Assembly: GCA_963514005.1 (NCBI GenBank)
Contig: OY740788.1
Span: 38,192,001 to 38,256,000, forward strand
Origin: Raja brachyura
Lineage: Eukaryota
Length of the DNA stretch: 64,000 nucleotides
Direction: 5' to 3'
In this document: piece by piece, positions 27,562 to 39,280 of the stretch
How positions within the stretch are numbered: position 1 is the first letter of the stretch
Layout of the letters: every line of letters starts with the position of its first letter
Translations under genes and position numbers: made by a program
Notes under the pieces: model-generated
The model's input: only the letters and a program-made list of their open reading frames with translations
Databases searched by the model: none
Told to the model about the DNA's origin: nothing

Positions 27562-28030
27562 TTCACTGACAGTACAAAGCAGCTGTAAAAATGGTCAAGG
27601 ACACAATGCAACAGAATGCAACTGAATTTTATAAAATAACTATGACTGATGGGGAGAAAACCACAGGAAAACAACCTAGACACAACATAGATCTATCTTA
27701 TTATGGAGTGCAATATTTAAAAATCAGTACTGACATTGGGCATTTGCTAGTAAACATTACGTTCGCTTCTGGAGCCTGTCTTTGATTCCAACCCAGACTA
27801 ATGGAATTAAAGTCTCCTGAGCTGGACTCTGTAAAATCTTCAAGCAAAATAAGTTTGGACAGTCTCAATAGAGTTCCTGGTTGGCAGGAGTCCACCAGAG
27901 AAACCTGTAGTAAATTGGCAAATTTACTCAGAGCACTCGCATGCGAATGGAAGCACCACACACAATGAAAGATCCAATGAGTTTGAGACAGTGAGACAAG
28001 ATCATATTCCTTCTCTGATCTATGGTTAAA

Positions 28031-28732
28031 CATCTGCAGTTGTACTGGGCCATGGTGAGACCACATCTGGAGTATTGTGTGCAGTTTTGGTCTCCTAATT
28101 TGAGGAAGGACATCCTTGCTATTGAGGCAGTGCAACGTAGGTTCATGAGGTTAATGCCCGGGATGGCGGGACAGTCATATGAGGAAAGATTGGAAAGAGT
28201 GGGCTTGTATTCACTGGAATTTAGAAGGATGAGAGGGAATCTTATAGAAACATATAAAATTATAACATGACTGGACAAGCTAGATGCAGGAAAAATGTTC
28301 CCTTCTTCTTCTTGCGCATGGCGTGCACTGCCTAAAGTTGTAAGACAACTTGTTCTGTTTGTGCACGCCAGGTTGATTGCACTTGTCAAAACAGGGTGGA
28401 CCACATGAAGGTTGCAATCTCCTCCACCAAAATGTTCCCAATGTTGGGGGAGTCCAGATCAGGGGCCACAGTTTAAGAATAAAGGGGAGGCCATTTAAAA
28501 CTGAGATGAGAAAAAACTTTTTCACCCAGAGAGTTGCGAATTTATGGAATTCTCTGCCACAGAAAGCAGTAAAGAGTTAGATAAAGCTCTAGGGGCTAGC
28601 GGAATCAAGGGATATGGGGAGAAGGCAGGCACGGGTTACTGATTGTGGATGATCAACCATGATCAAAATGAATGGCGGTATAGGCTCAAGGGGCCAAATG
28701 GCCGCCTTCGGCACCTATTTTCTATTTTTCTA
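28031..28732 (+). mobile_element. CR1 LINE 3' fragment, interrupted by HDV element copy B
   Basis: MVRPHLEYCVQFWSP..LEFRRMRGNLIETYKI; RGHSLRI..FFTQRVANLWNSLP. Confidence 0.9.
28303..28428 (-). mobile_element. HDV-ribozyme short element, copy B, inserted in a CR1 fragment
   Basis: 11-bp TSD AAAATGTTCCC at 28292-28302 and 28429-28439; (GAA)n tail; fold GGTGG..GATTGCA ACC TTCATGT GGT CCACCCT G TTTTGA C AAG TGCAATC. Confidence 0.85.
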
Positions 28733-29862
28733 TATCTTGCTGGTGTTAGATCAAGACCTGGGTCGGAAGAGATTTTCTATTTCCAGAATTGACATCCTAA
28801 ACCCTCCTTGCATCCCACTGTCATGTATTGAAAAGAGATATGCAAGAACTGTTTGAATTTGTTAAATGTTAATTTGGAAAGAAGGGGAAGCCATGGAGCA
28901 AGGATGACTAGATAATCCTAAAGCTGGTAATTAAACCAAATTGTCAATAGAGAGGAAGAATCAACAGGTTTTTATATTTTGTTTGTGCATTTATATATTT
29001 GACATTAGTCCAAGAAACATCATAACAGTATCTGAATATTGGAAAGCATTTTTATAGCTCCATGCTTTAGGAGACAGAAGATAAAATATATATGATGGAA
29101 ATCACTGGGAAGGAAGTAGGATGATATTTAGTAATTACAAATAAACACTGCCACACTGATCCAGGAAGAGATTATTCACACAAAAAGCTGGAGTATCTCA
29201 GCGGGTTACCCGGGGTACCTCAGAGTAACCCTTTCGGGTTTTGACCCAAAGCGGCGCCTATTCCTTTCCTCCAGAAATGCTGCCCGTCCCGTTGAGTTAC
29301 TCCAGCTTTTTGTGTCTATCTTCAGAACAAACCATGAGGCCTTGCTAATGAAGTGGGCTCAGAATGCTTCATCTTAACACCAGCTTCAATACAATTGTAA
29401 ACGGTTAAAAGAAAAGGATGAAATATGTAATTCTTTACTTATAGGTTCAATTTTCAAAAGTCTGAATACAATTTAATATAATCAGATTCTGAAGAAAAGT
29501 GTTCTGACCTGAAACGTCATCTGTCCATTCTCTCCACAGATGTTGAGATCCTCCAGCCTTTTGATTTGTGCTCAAGATTTCAGCATCTGCAGTTCCTTGT
29601 GCCTGCAATATCAAACCGATCCTGCAGTACATTTGACCATCGCATGGTTAAACAAGTTAGACCTAGAATCTGAACTAAAGCAGATCTTATTAATAATATA
29701 CCACTTTAAAATTGCTGTGTCATATTTGCTGAAAAGGAAATTGTTATTTCTTTCTCTCGTATGCACATTTGACATGTTTCTGGTGTCACATTCTATTGTG
29801 CTCATAGTAAAAGGAAAGTGCACCAATGCGTCATTTCATATCTCAGTAAAACAGTTGGGAAT

Positions 29863-32800
29863 AATAGTAAGATTAAATGAGAACTTACCAGTTTGAAGTT
29901 TGATCTTTATTTTATGAGGAGTTACGATGAGCGATTACGTGAAGAAGGCCGTCAGCCCGCATGCGCGTCAATCTTCAAAGCAGCAGTGTGAAATCACAGA
30001 TAACAGTTGGTGAACTAACATAGTAAGATTTAGCGATGACTAGAACTAACAGACGATCTTTATGATATGAGGGTTGGGAGCGGAGGGCATCGTCCATCGT
30101 AACTCCTCATAAAATAAAGATCAAACTTCAAACTGGTAAGTTCTCGTTTAATGTTCCTTTTTTTACTCCGGAGTCACGTGAGTGACTACGTGAAGATTTT
30201 GAAGCTCTGTGATTTCATGCCATGGAAAATCGAGTCCACACAAGCATGACTGCATCAGTTGACCACAGATAAGGGAAACATTCATAATGCATACATACAT
30301 GACATAGATTTAAAAACATGCTGATGCTGATAAATGAACAAATAATAATAACAGTAACTCCTCTCATCCGAGGGGACACTATAAAATAGAATCTAAAATA
30401 GAGCTGGCAAATACCCCTGGTCTGGTTAAAATAAAATGTTGGATATCTCGTTCGTTAGACCATCCAGAGGACCACACATACCCTTGCTGCTGGTATTGCA
30501 GCAGCCCTGGTGGAGTGAGATTAGAAATTAGTATCTACTCCTGTATAAGCCAAAACCTCACATAACCACCTGGAGATGGTCTGAACTGACATCTTCTTAT
30601 GAGGTTTTTTTTTGTAACTAACAAACATAGCTAATTTCAGAGCCTCTAAGGCTCTAGATGACCTTGATGTAATGTTGTAAATGTGTGACCACACGTAACC
30701 GAAGGTGCATGGGGTATGTAAACATGAATTATTATATAGCAGGTGTAACGATCCTGTCCATTCGCAATTTTTGTAATGACTGGACCCATGCGCTGAGGGC
30801 AGCGCCAGGGAATAACCTACCTATGAGAGCCGAACCAAAGATATATATATTGCTGGAGCCCCATGGTGAATAAATGTTAACACAATGTCAATATCCCATA
30901 CTTCCATGTACGTGGGTCTGGGAGAACTTGTGTTAATGATATCCTTAAAAACTGGACACCAGAGGGTGCAGCAACTATGATGAGAAGCACATTGGGCACA
31001 GTTAATGGGACTATAACTTAATTTATTGTCAAAGACCCATAGAAAATGAACTCTAAGATGTTAGTATCCATGCCATATTATATGTAACATAACATTTAAA
31101 TAGAAAACACTTCCCATCTCCTGAAGAGGCAAAGTACCGCTTTTTTGGTGCTATCCCTGCACTCTGCAGTGAGCACATACATGGATCAGTCCGACAGCCC
31201 GAGCCACAGGAGCGGTCTTCTCAGATTCTGTAAAGCAATGAATTCATTAATCATGTAGAGGCTGGTTCCCTGAATCCCAGGCTGAACCAGCGAAATTTTA
31301 TGTTTGGAACCCCATATAAGGTTCTATTATTATTCCCAACATTTGCGGGAAACCATGGCTGCGTAGGCCAGTCAGACAGTATGAGAACCCTGAATGCGGG
31401 ATCTTGCTGAATTATTGCAAGACCCGACTGATGAGGCAAAATGGAAAAACCACATAAAAGGACATTCCTCCCCCATGTCACGAGAATGAGCCTGCATGCA
31501 AACATATCGATATCGAGCCATAGATCCTAAAATACTTTGTGATCCAACTTCCATACTGTGCTGTCATTAATTTTGCATGATGATACACCAGCGCCAAAAA
31601 AGGTTGGGTAAATGATGACAGGATACTTTGACTTTATTGCATCCATGTGACTAACATATGCCACCACCACAGTGTATCAATTGGAACTGAGCATGCAGAT
31701 TTTGCATATTCGCACAATAACCCTTTAACCCATAGTATTCACCTAATGTCTATAGGTAGTTGATACCAATAACTGAAGAATTGGTGATTCATGCAAATCC
31801 CATCCACATTCATTACTAGAGATGGCTTTCGTAATTTTCCATCTTTGAGCACTAGCGTCTGTTAGTAATATAACTGAAGATTGTTTGACCAAAACTACTT
31901 GAGCAATGCTGAATATAGTTCGACCACCATTGTGACTTTGGTAGCTTCAGCTGGTAATAGCATAGGTCTGTTAACAATGACCTATATGGCACTTGAGAGG
32001 TTACTACTTGCACATTGAACGTTCTGATAATGCAAGGCCCAATTGCACAGCTGAAATACAGCTGCTATATTGCCAATTACACTTGATGAATAGAAGACTG
32101 CTTGATAACAAGGTTGTTACAGGCTTCTATTGATTCCAATCTGTTGCCCCAGGGCGGAGTCAAAGATAAATTAATAGTTAAAGGTAAATCCGATGAACAA
32201 TAACTTCCAGTTGGTATCAACTTAAATTTGACTGAATGGCTGAAACAGTTGATTTAAGCAAAAAACACAGCGTTAGAAATATCCTCCAGATCAATTTCAA
32301 ATGCCTCCGGTGATCTCCTATGAATGGGACCTAAATGGTATGCATCTTTGAGATCGATGCATGCCATAAAGATCCTAAGGAAATCAGTAGTTAGACAGTA
32401 GAGTCATTCCATATACTGAAAAGCTATGTTGCACATGGGAGTCAAATTAATTATGAACCGACATACTCCATCTATCACAATGAACAGGCCACGCCTGCCA
32501 TAATTCCATGCCTGCCTTGAATGCAACTCTGGCCATACTACTAGCCTGCCTTATAACTGCTCCCCCCGTAATTCTGAGCCTGCCTCGAAAGACAACTCTG
32601 GCCATATTACCGAGCTTGTCATGGAAGGCAATCCTGGCCATAATCCTGAGCCTGCCTCGAAAGACAACTCTGACCCCAATTCCAATATGCTTGGTACCCT
32701 TGTATGCTGTGTAATAATAACCCATCACATGTTATTATTTTCATTTGTTCAAAACAAGTGTACATATTATCACTTGTAAATGGTCCACCTACCCCATGTT

Positions 32801-34221
32801 TCGGAAGAACCAGACCCACCTACCTCCATGGTTACCGGTGGTCTTATGGTAAGCCCAAAGGCCCCTGATGTGGATTCTATTCCCATCCTTGATTTGAGAG
32901 TAGGAATGGTAGTGCATGTGATTTCCATATTCATGAGACCGGCTTGGCCCTTGGCCTGAAAGACCTGTGCCCACCTTTCAAGCAGCCATCAACTTCAGTG
33001 AACTGCTTACTGTCGATGAGGTGTGGGGGTGTCATCGCCGATACGATGGTTTCATTTGATAGCTCTGTTCACTGCCGGCACTTGTAGCGTGAGGTAAATC
33101 TGGCCCCTCCCGGGTTTTCTGCCTCTTCCCTTGCGAGTATATCCTTGCACTCCCCTCCACCGAGAGGGAGACTCATAGACAGCCCTGAAACAGGTGCTGC
33201 TGCAGGCCCCTGAGGATACCTGCGCTGACATGGCCCCTCAGACCTATATCAGGATATGACTCTGGGCCAGAGTGAAACTGACCCCGGATGCTCCCCTCCT
33301 CAGAGAGGGAGACATTGTGCAGCCCTGAGACAGGTGCCACTGCCAGCGGCTTCTCCATTATACCCGGGCTCAGATAGCTCTCCTCTGGAGCATATCTCTT
33401 TGGAGCAACCTCTCCATCAGGTGCTCCAGGTGGGTTTTAGGCATTCACAGACGCTACCCATAGAAGGAGGGGGAAACCTCCTGGCCCGACTCGAGCGAGC
33501 CCCAAGGCCTGACCGGCTTCCTCGTGGTTTAACCCCTTTCCTGGGGGAACCATAGCGGTCTGTGAGTTGCTAACCCCATAGTGAGTGACTGGGTCTCGAG
33601 ACCAGCTTACTGCCAGTTTTCCCCTAATTTGGGGAGACCTTAACGGTCTGGGAACTGCTGACCCCATTGTCTGTGACTGGAGTAGCGAGAGCAGCTAATT
33701 GCCAGTCTAACCCCTATTTCTGGGGGGACCATTGCGGTCTGGGAACTGCTGACCCCATGGTGAGTGACTGGGGTAGCTGGACCGGCTAATTGCCAGTCTA
33801 AACCCTTTCTCTGGGGGGACCATTGCAGTCTGGGAGCCCACACTGGGAGAAAACCCCCTCTCGCACTCCCCTCTTGGGTGTCGCTGACCTCTTTGTCAGC
33901 GACTTGCGAGCAAACCCGACGGCCACCGGCTACCCGCGCTTCCTAGGTCCGGACCGAGATCCCCCCGCGGTCCATAACCGGTTTCCCACGGCCCGTCCAA
34001 ATTCGCCCCGAATCCAGCAAGCAAACTCTGTGAGGAGCTTCCTGCAAAACAAAAAACAACCCTAGAAATAAGTTTAAACTTACCTTCCAGGTTTAAAACT
34101 TACCGTTGGCAGGGGCAGCGCGCCTGCCAGTCAGCCGGTGAGCAATGCGCCAGACGTAATGACACGCATGTGGGCTGATGGCCTTCTTCACGTAGTCACT
34201 CACGTAACTCCGAAGTAAAAT
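29863..34221 (-). mobile_element. Decayed DIRS1-like tyrosine-recombinase retrotransposon
   Basis: Inverted termini plus an internal complementary region at ~30095-30197. Minus-strand motif remnants: RT IDLKDAY (~32340-32358), methyltransferase-like DWPTQPWFP (ORF 31251-31505), recombinase TISRWL..GVDT..HSTRAAA and GWSNE (~30450-30585). Confidence 0.88.
33542..33835. repeat. ~90-bp tandem repeat (about 3.3 units) inside the DIRS element
   Basis: Recurring GGGGGACCATTGCGGTCTGGGAACTGCTGACCCCAT...TGCCAGTCTAA unit. Confidence 0.8.
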
Positions 34222-36263
34222 AGTAAGATTAAGCAAGAACTTACCAGTTCCTCTTTATTTTATGAGGAGTTGCGATGAGGGATTTTGTGAAGACCCCACC
34301 AGTCTTCGAGCACGGACCCTCCTGGATCACGGGTTTTCCTGACTTCCGGGTAGCGTCTTTTGAACGAAATTGAAAGGATAACAGTACTGCATTAATAAAC
34401 TTTATGGTAAAATCATGGGGTTTCTAATGCGCGACATTCTTCAAAGCAGCGGTGTGGAATCACAGATAACAACAATGACTGAAGATAGTAAGATTAAAGA
34501 CACTCGACTATACCAGTTGACCTTATGATAGAGGGTTGGGAGCCGAGGGCACGAAATCCCTGCAGTCTGGCAGCCTGACCCGGTGGTGAGCCGGTACCTC
34601 CTGCTCCTGCAGGGCTCCCCAACTTCCCAGCAGATCCATCACCGGCCCGCAATCTAGCAGGTTACCCCCGGCGGCATGTCGATGCCTTCCGCATCAGCGG
34701 GGAACGACCTGGGCGCAGCTCTCCCCCTGGTCTGCCCTCTGGTGACCTGCATAGTAGGAGAGACAGAACGTGCCGCCGAGCAGGTCACACATTTACGCAC
34801 CTTTGCTCCACTGTCCCTATGCTTAGGTGACAGTGGTAGGGAGTCAGGGTCTTGCCTACCCTGCTACCGCGCGGTGCTCCTACCACTTTGCGGCTCCATG
34901 GTCAGCTGTGGTGGAGAGACGGGTTCTGGCTGCGCAGGACTCCCCGATTTCCGCATTCTTATCCCGGTCCGCAGAGCGGGTGCTGACGGTGTTGTGGGCA
35001 GCTCCGGGAATGGTGGCCGCTGACTCCCATCCGAAGTCCCATGGCCCTTGGAGGCATGCTTCGATGCCTTCATTCTGGTCTCCATCCATCGTTTCCGTAA
35101 GCAAAGTCTAGTACAGAAGCTCAGCAACTCAAGGTTAGTATCTTACCTGAGGGTCTTTAAGAAGCATCCGGTGGAGGAGCGCACTCTCCCCCCGCCCTCC
35201 CCCCAGCTCCAATGGTGACCAGACTCTCGTGCAGGACCATAGACTGCCGCTAACGGCAAGCCTCCCGCCTGTGTAGTGAGTCGGGCCCTGGCTCTGTCTT
35301 ACTACCTCCATAGGGTAGCATAGCCATCAGTCCGCGGTATTCCTGCGGCCTGCGGCGTTGAGTCGGAGCTCTTGCTCTGCCTTCGCTACCCGCGAATGGC
35401 AGTCTTCGAGCACGGACCCTCCTGGATCACGGGTTTTCCTGACTTCCGGGTAGCGTCTTTTGAACGAAATTGAAAGGATAACAGTACTGCATTAATAAAC
35501 TTTATGGTAAAATCATGGGGTTTCTAATTTCTTTCCCACACCTATAGGAGAAAGATGAACAATTACACAATGAAAAAATCCCTTTAGCTTTGCCTCTCCT
35601 TGGCTTCCGGGCAGGCAAGAGGTTGGAACAGGTGTAAAGATGCAAAGTTCCCTTGGGCAGTTCCCAGCCAGCTGGCACACTCCCACTTTACAATGCTGCA
35701 CTCATGCCGACAGTCCGCAGTGACCCTGTGGGCTGCGGTGTAGAGTCGGACTGCTGCTCTGCCCCATTACCTGGTTAATGTAGACAGCCCGCAGTATCCC
35801 TGCAGGCTGTGGAGTAGAGTCAGGGCTGCTGCTCTGCTGTTGCTCACTCCGAACGGCAAGCCTGCAAGCCCCACTCCTTTAATAATGTCGTCAGCCCGCA
35901 GTGTCCTGTGGGCTGCGGTGTAGAGTCGTGACTGCTGCTCTGCCGTCGCTTGCTTCATACAGCGAGCCTGCAAGCCCCACTCCTTTACACATGCCATCAG
36001 CCCGCAGTGTCCTGTGGGCTGCGGTGTAAAGTCGGGCTGCCTCTGCCGTCCTCCGACCGGCGAGTGTGTGAGCCCGGACCCTCCTGGTCAATGGGCTCTT
36101 CCCGACTCCAGTCTGTTGGTGCCGCCGCTGACTGTTGCGGCAGTCAGTTTCGAGGCGGCCTGGAGACCCTGACCAGAGTCACCTGAAAATAAAAAGGACT
36201 GCAGGTTAGTTTCCTTACCTGCAGGTCCCCGCAGTAGAGGAGCACGTGACTCCGAAGTAAAAT
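34219..36263 (-). mobile_element. Second, internally deleted DIRS-like element joined head-to-tail to the first
   Basis: 34221-34560 repeats the 29863-30090 terminus. 36243-36263 (CACGTGACTCCGAAGTAAAAT) repeats the 34201-34221 terminus. GC-rich interior with no RT or recombinase motif seen. Confidence 0.75.
35712..36050. repeat. Degenerate 70-110-bp tandem repeats inside the second DIRS element
   Basis: Four recurrences of CAGCCCGCAGTGTCCTGTGGGCTGCGGTGTAGAGTCGG-like sequence. Confidence 0.75.
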
Positions 36264-37639
36264 CATATATTTTGGATGGGTGATAGCAGCAATCATTGTC
36301 CCTGAAGTTACATGAAGATTGATCTCTATCTCTATGTGGACTACCACAGGTAAGCATATTTGGTCATATGTAGAAGTTGTCACTATTGTCGATTACTTTT
36401 TGTTTGACATTTTGCCAGTTTTGCCAGTTATTTACGATGCCAGTTGTGACCGCAGTTTGTTATGGGGAATCACATGAAATGCTATTAAAAAAACAGAAAA
36501 ATTAAGATTAATGCTTCCCCCGAGGTTTTTTTGCCAATCTCTGCCTTAAGGGGCAGACAAAATTAATAATAATTTTCCGTTTAGTAAAAATATTCCCATT
36601 TATTCATTCGTTTCTCCATAGATTTAGATTTAGATGCATTTGCATTTGCTTTGGCATTGTGGACCATATAGTAACCATTGCATGATATTTTTAAAACGTG
36701 TAAGCGTACAACACAATGGGGCATGTATGCTCGGATGCAACTAATGAACAGATACCTGTATCACGCTGCCCTGGTCAATGTAGAATAAGAAATGAAGTAA
36801 CAAATCTAGCAGCTTTTCTGTGCCATGTTCGGGGTAGTGCACCTGAGTAGAGTAAGAGTAAAAAATATTTTTATTCCTCATCACCAAACAATATGCCTAA
36901 AATTCATCCTTACCCAGTACTACTAATAGCGCTCAATAAAAAACAGCAATAGATTGTACTCTGACTCTGAAAAGAAGGGGCTTGACCCGATACGTCACCC
37001 ATTCCTTCTCTACAGAGATGCTGCCCGTCCCGCTGAGTTATTCCAGATTTTTGTGTCTACCTTCTGAAAATCATACATAGAGTTCAATAACATTTAAATC
37101 CATTGACAATGGTAATTGAAGCGCTGATGCTATTCCATTGATGGGGATTAATTTCTATAGGAAGACACGCACCAACTTGACTTAGATGCACCAAAGGTAG
37201 TCAAGGTCAAATACTTTTTTGTCATATGTCCTGAAACAGAACAACAAAATTTTTATTTGCAGCTGCATTACAGGTATGTAAACATAGTACGCAGTAGATA
37301 CCACATTCAGCAACAAAATTAATTTATTAATTTTAATAAATTCAATAAATTCAATATATTCACTTTTTTTTAACAATATAATGCAAAAACATAAACAAAG
37401 CCCAAAGTCCCTATTGCAATCAAGGCAGTTGGTCGTTCTGAGTTTAGTTGGAGTTTGGAATGTCATTTAACAGAACATTCAACTTCTGGATGTAAAATTG
37501 GTGAGATCAGAAATCAGAAGTTCTGTTAATTTATGCTAAAACATTGAAGAAGTAGCCATTTGGGGGGAAATATCACAGGGTACCGATATTGCCAATCAAG
37601 AGTCAGTGGTTTCATACTCAACCTGTCCATGTATTCCAA

Positions 37640-38455
37640 AATACCCCATCTAAGCTGGTGCAAGCTGTCTGCATTTGGCCCATATCATTCGAACCTTACC
37701 TGTCTATACATGTTTCAAAGTGTCTTTTAAATATTGTTATTGTACCTTGTACTTTGTGGTCATCACTTCCGAAGAGTCCCCTAGGGACTATACTGGACCT
37801 GCCCCAACTGCCGTCTCTGGCAGCTCATTCCGTATACCCACCTCCCTCTGAGTGAAAAGGTTGTTCCTCAGGTTCCCACCTTTTCCCTCTCACCCTATGA
37901 CCTCAGGTTCTTGATTCTCCTGTCCTAGGTAAAAGACTGTGCATTCACCCTATCAATTCCCCTCCTGATTTTATAGACTCGATAAGATTACCCCTTAGAC
38001 TCCTGCGTTCCAAGGAATAAAGTCTGCCCAACCTCTCCATATAAGCTCAGGCCCTTGAGTCATGGCAGCGTATTTGTAAATCTTCTCTGCGCTACACAAT
38101 ACTACAAATGCATCCTCATCAAAACGTTGTGCAACTGTAACATAACATTACAACCTTTATACACAATACCCTGACTAATGAAGAAAAACTTACCTCTCAA
38201 CCACCCTATCTACATGTGATGCCACTTTCATGGAACTGTGACCCTGTAATCCTATATCCCTCTGCTCTACAACACTCCCTCAAGGCCCTACCACCCACAG
38301 TGAAGGTCCTGCCTGCTTGATTTCCCAATATGCATCACCTCACACTTATGTGCATTAAATTCCATTAGCCATTCTTCAGCCCACTTGCCCACCTGGTCAA
38401 GATCCTGCTGCAATGATTGACAACCATCTTCACTATCTACGATACCACCCACTTG
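37640..38455 (-). mobile_element. Decayed CR1 LINE fragment
   Basis: Similar to the other CR1 ORF2 C-terminal pieces on the reverse strand. Confidence 0.7.
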
Positions 38456-39280
38456 ACTGCACGATACGATAGAACTTTATTTATCCCAGGAGGGAAATTG
38501 ATCTTCCATCAGTCATAAAACATACCAGTCATCTGTATTATGCAGACAATCAAATGTCATGTTATGTATTTGGGTGCTTGGAGGCTCGGACACGGGAGTA
38601 AATTAACAAGCTTCTTTATTCTAAGGCGCCACCTTGATTCTCCCTTTTTCCTCCCCTTTTAAGTCAATTTGACCTGCATGGTATATGCTCTTTATTTAAC
38701 ATATCATTGGTTAATACACTGTTGCACCATTGTATTATTACAGTCATCTCACAATACATCCTCATAACTGTAATAATCATATCTAGACCACAGTAATATG
38801 CTCTTTACCTAAAATATAATTAATTAATACACTGTTGCAAAATGGTATTATTACATTCATCTTACAATACATCCTCCTAACTGTAATAATCCTATCTAAA
38901 CCAGCACATACTTTCTTCATTCCACCCATCTACCGTAAACCAAATACATTACCCCTTGCTTTATGTATTATCATTTTCCGTTCCTTTATGTGTAAATTAT
39001 GAACACTTTCTAATCGCTCTAGCTCTGCCTGTATCTCTGCTTCTTCCCTTTTAAATGTCCTAATTAAATTTGCAAATTTCTTCCTGTTCCTGATATTTTG
39101 CGTTTAATTTTCTAGTTCATGTATTTGCTTCGTTTTCCTCTTTGTAGGTGGGATCTGACCCATGGCTACAAGTTTTTGTTTTCTAGCAGCTTCCTCTGTT
39201 GTTCAATTTCCATTTGCTTCGTATTTTTCTCTTCTTGTGGTTTAATGAGATTCTGCAATGCATAATCATTCGTCCATTGC

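Noticed and set aside
33542-33835. CRISPR-like repeat-spacer array (also 35712-36050 and 23800-24050)
   Set aside because: Eukaryotic DNA; degenerate tandem repeats inside transposons with no unique spacers and no cas genes.
38684-38905. ~112-bp tandem duplication as a separate element
   Set aside because: It is part of the 3' untranslated region of LTR copy 1; copy 2 has one unit.
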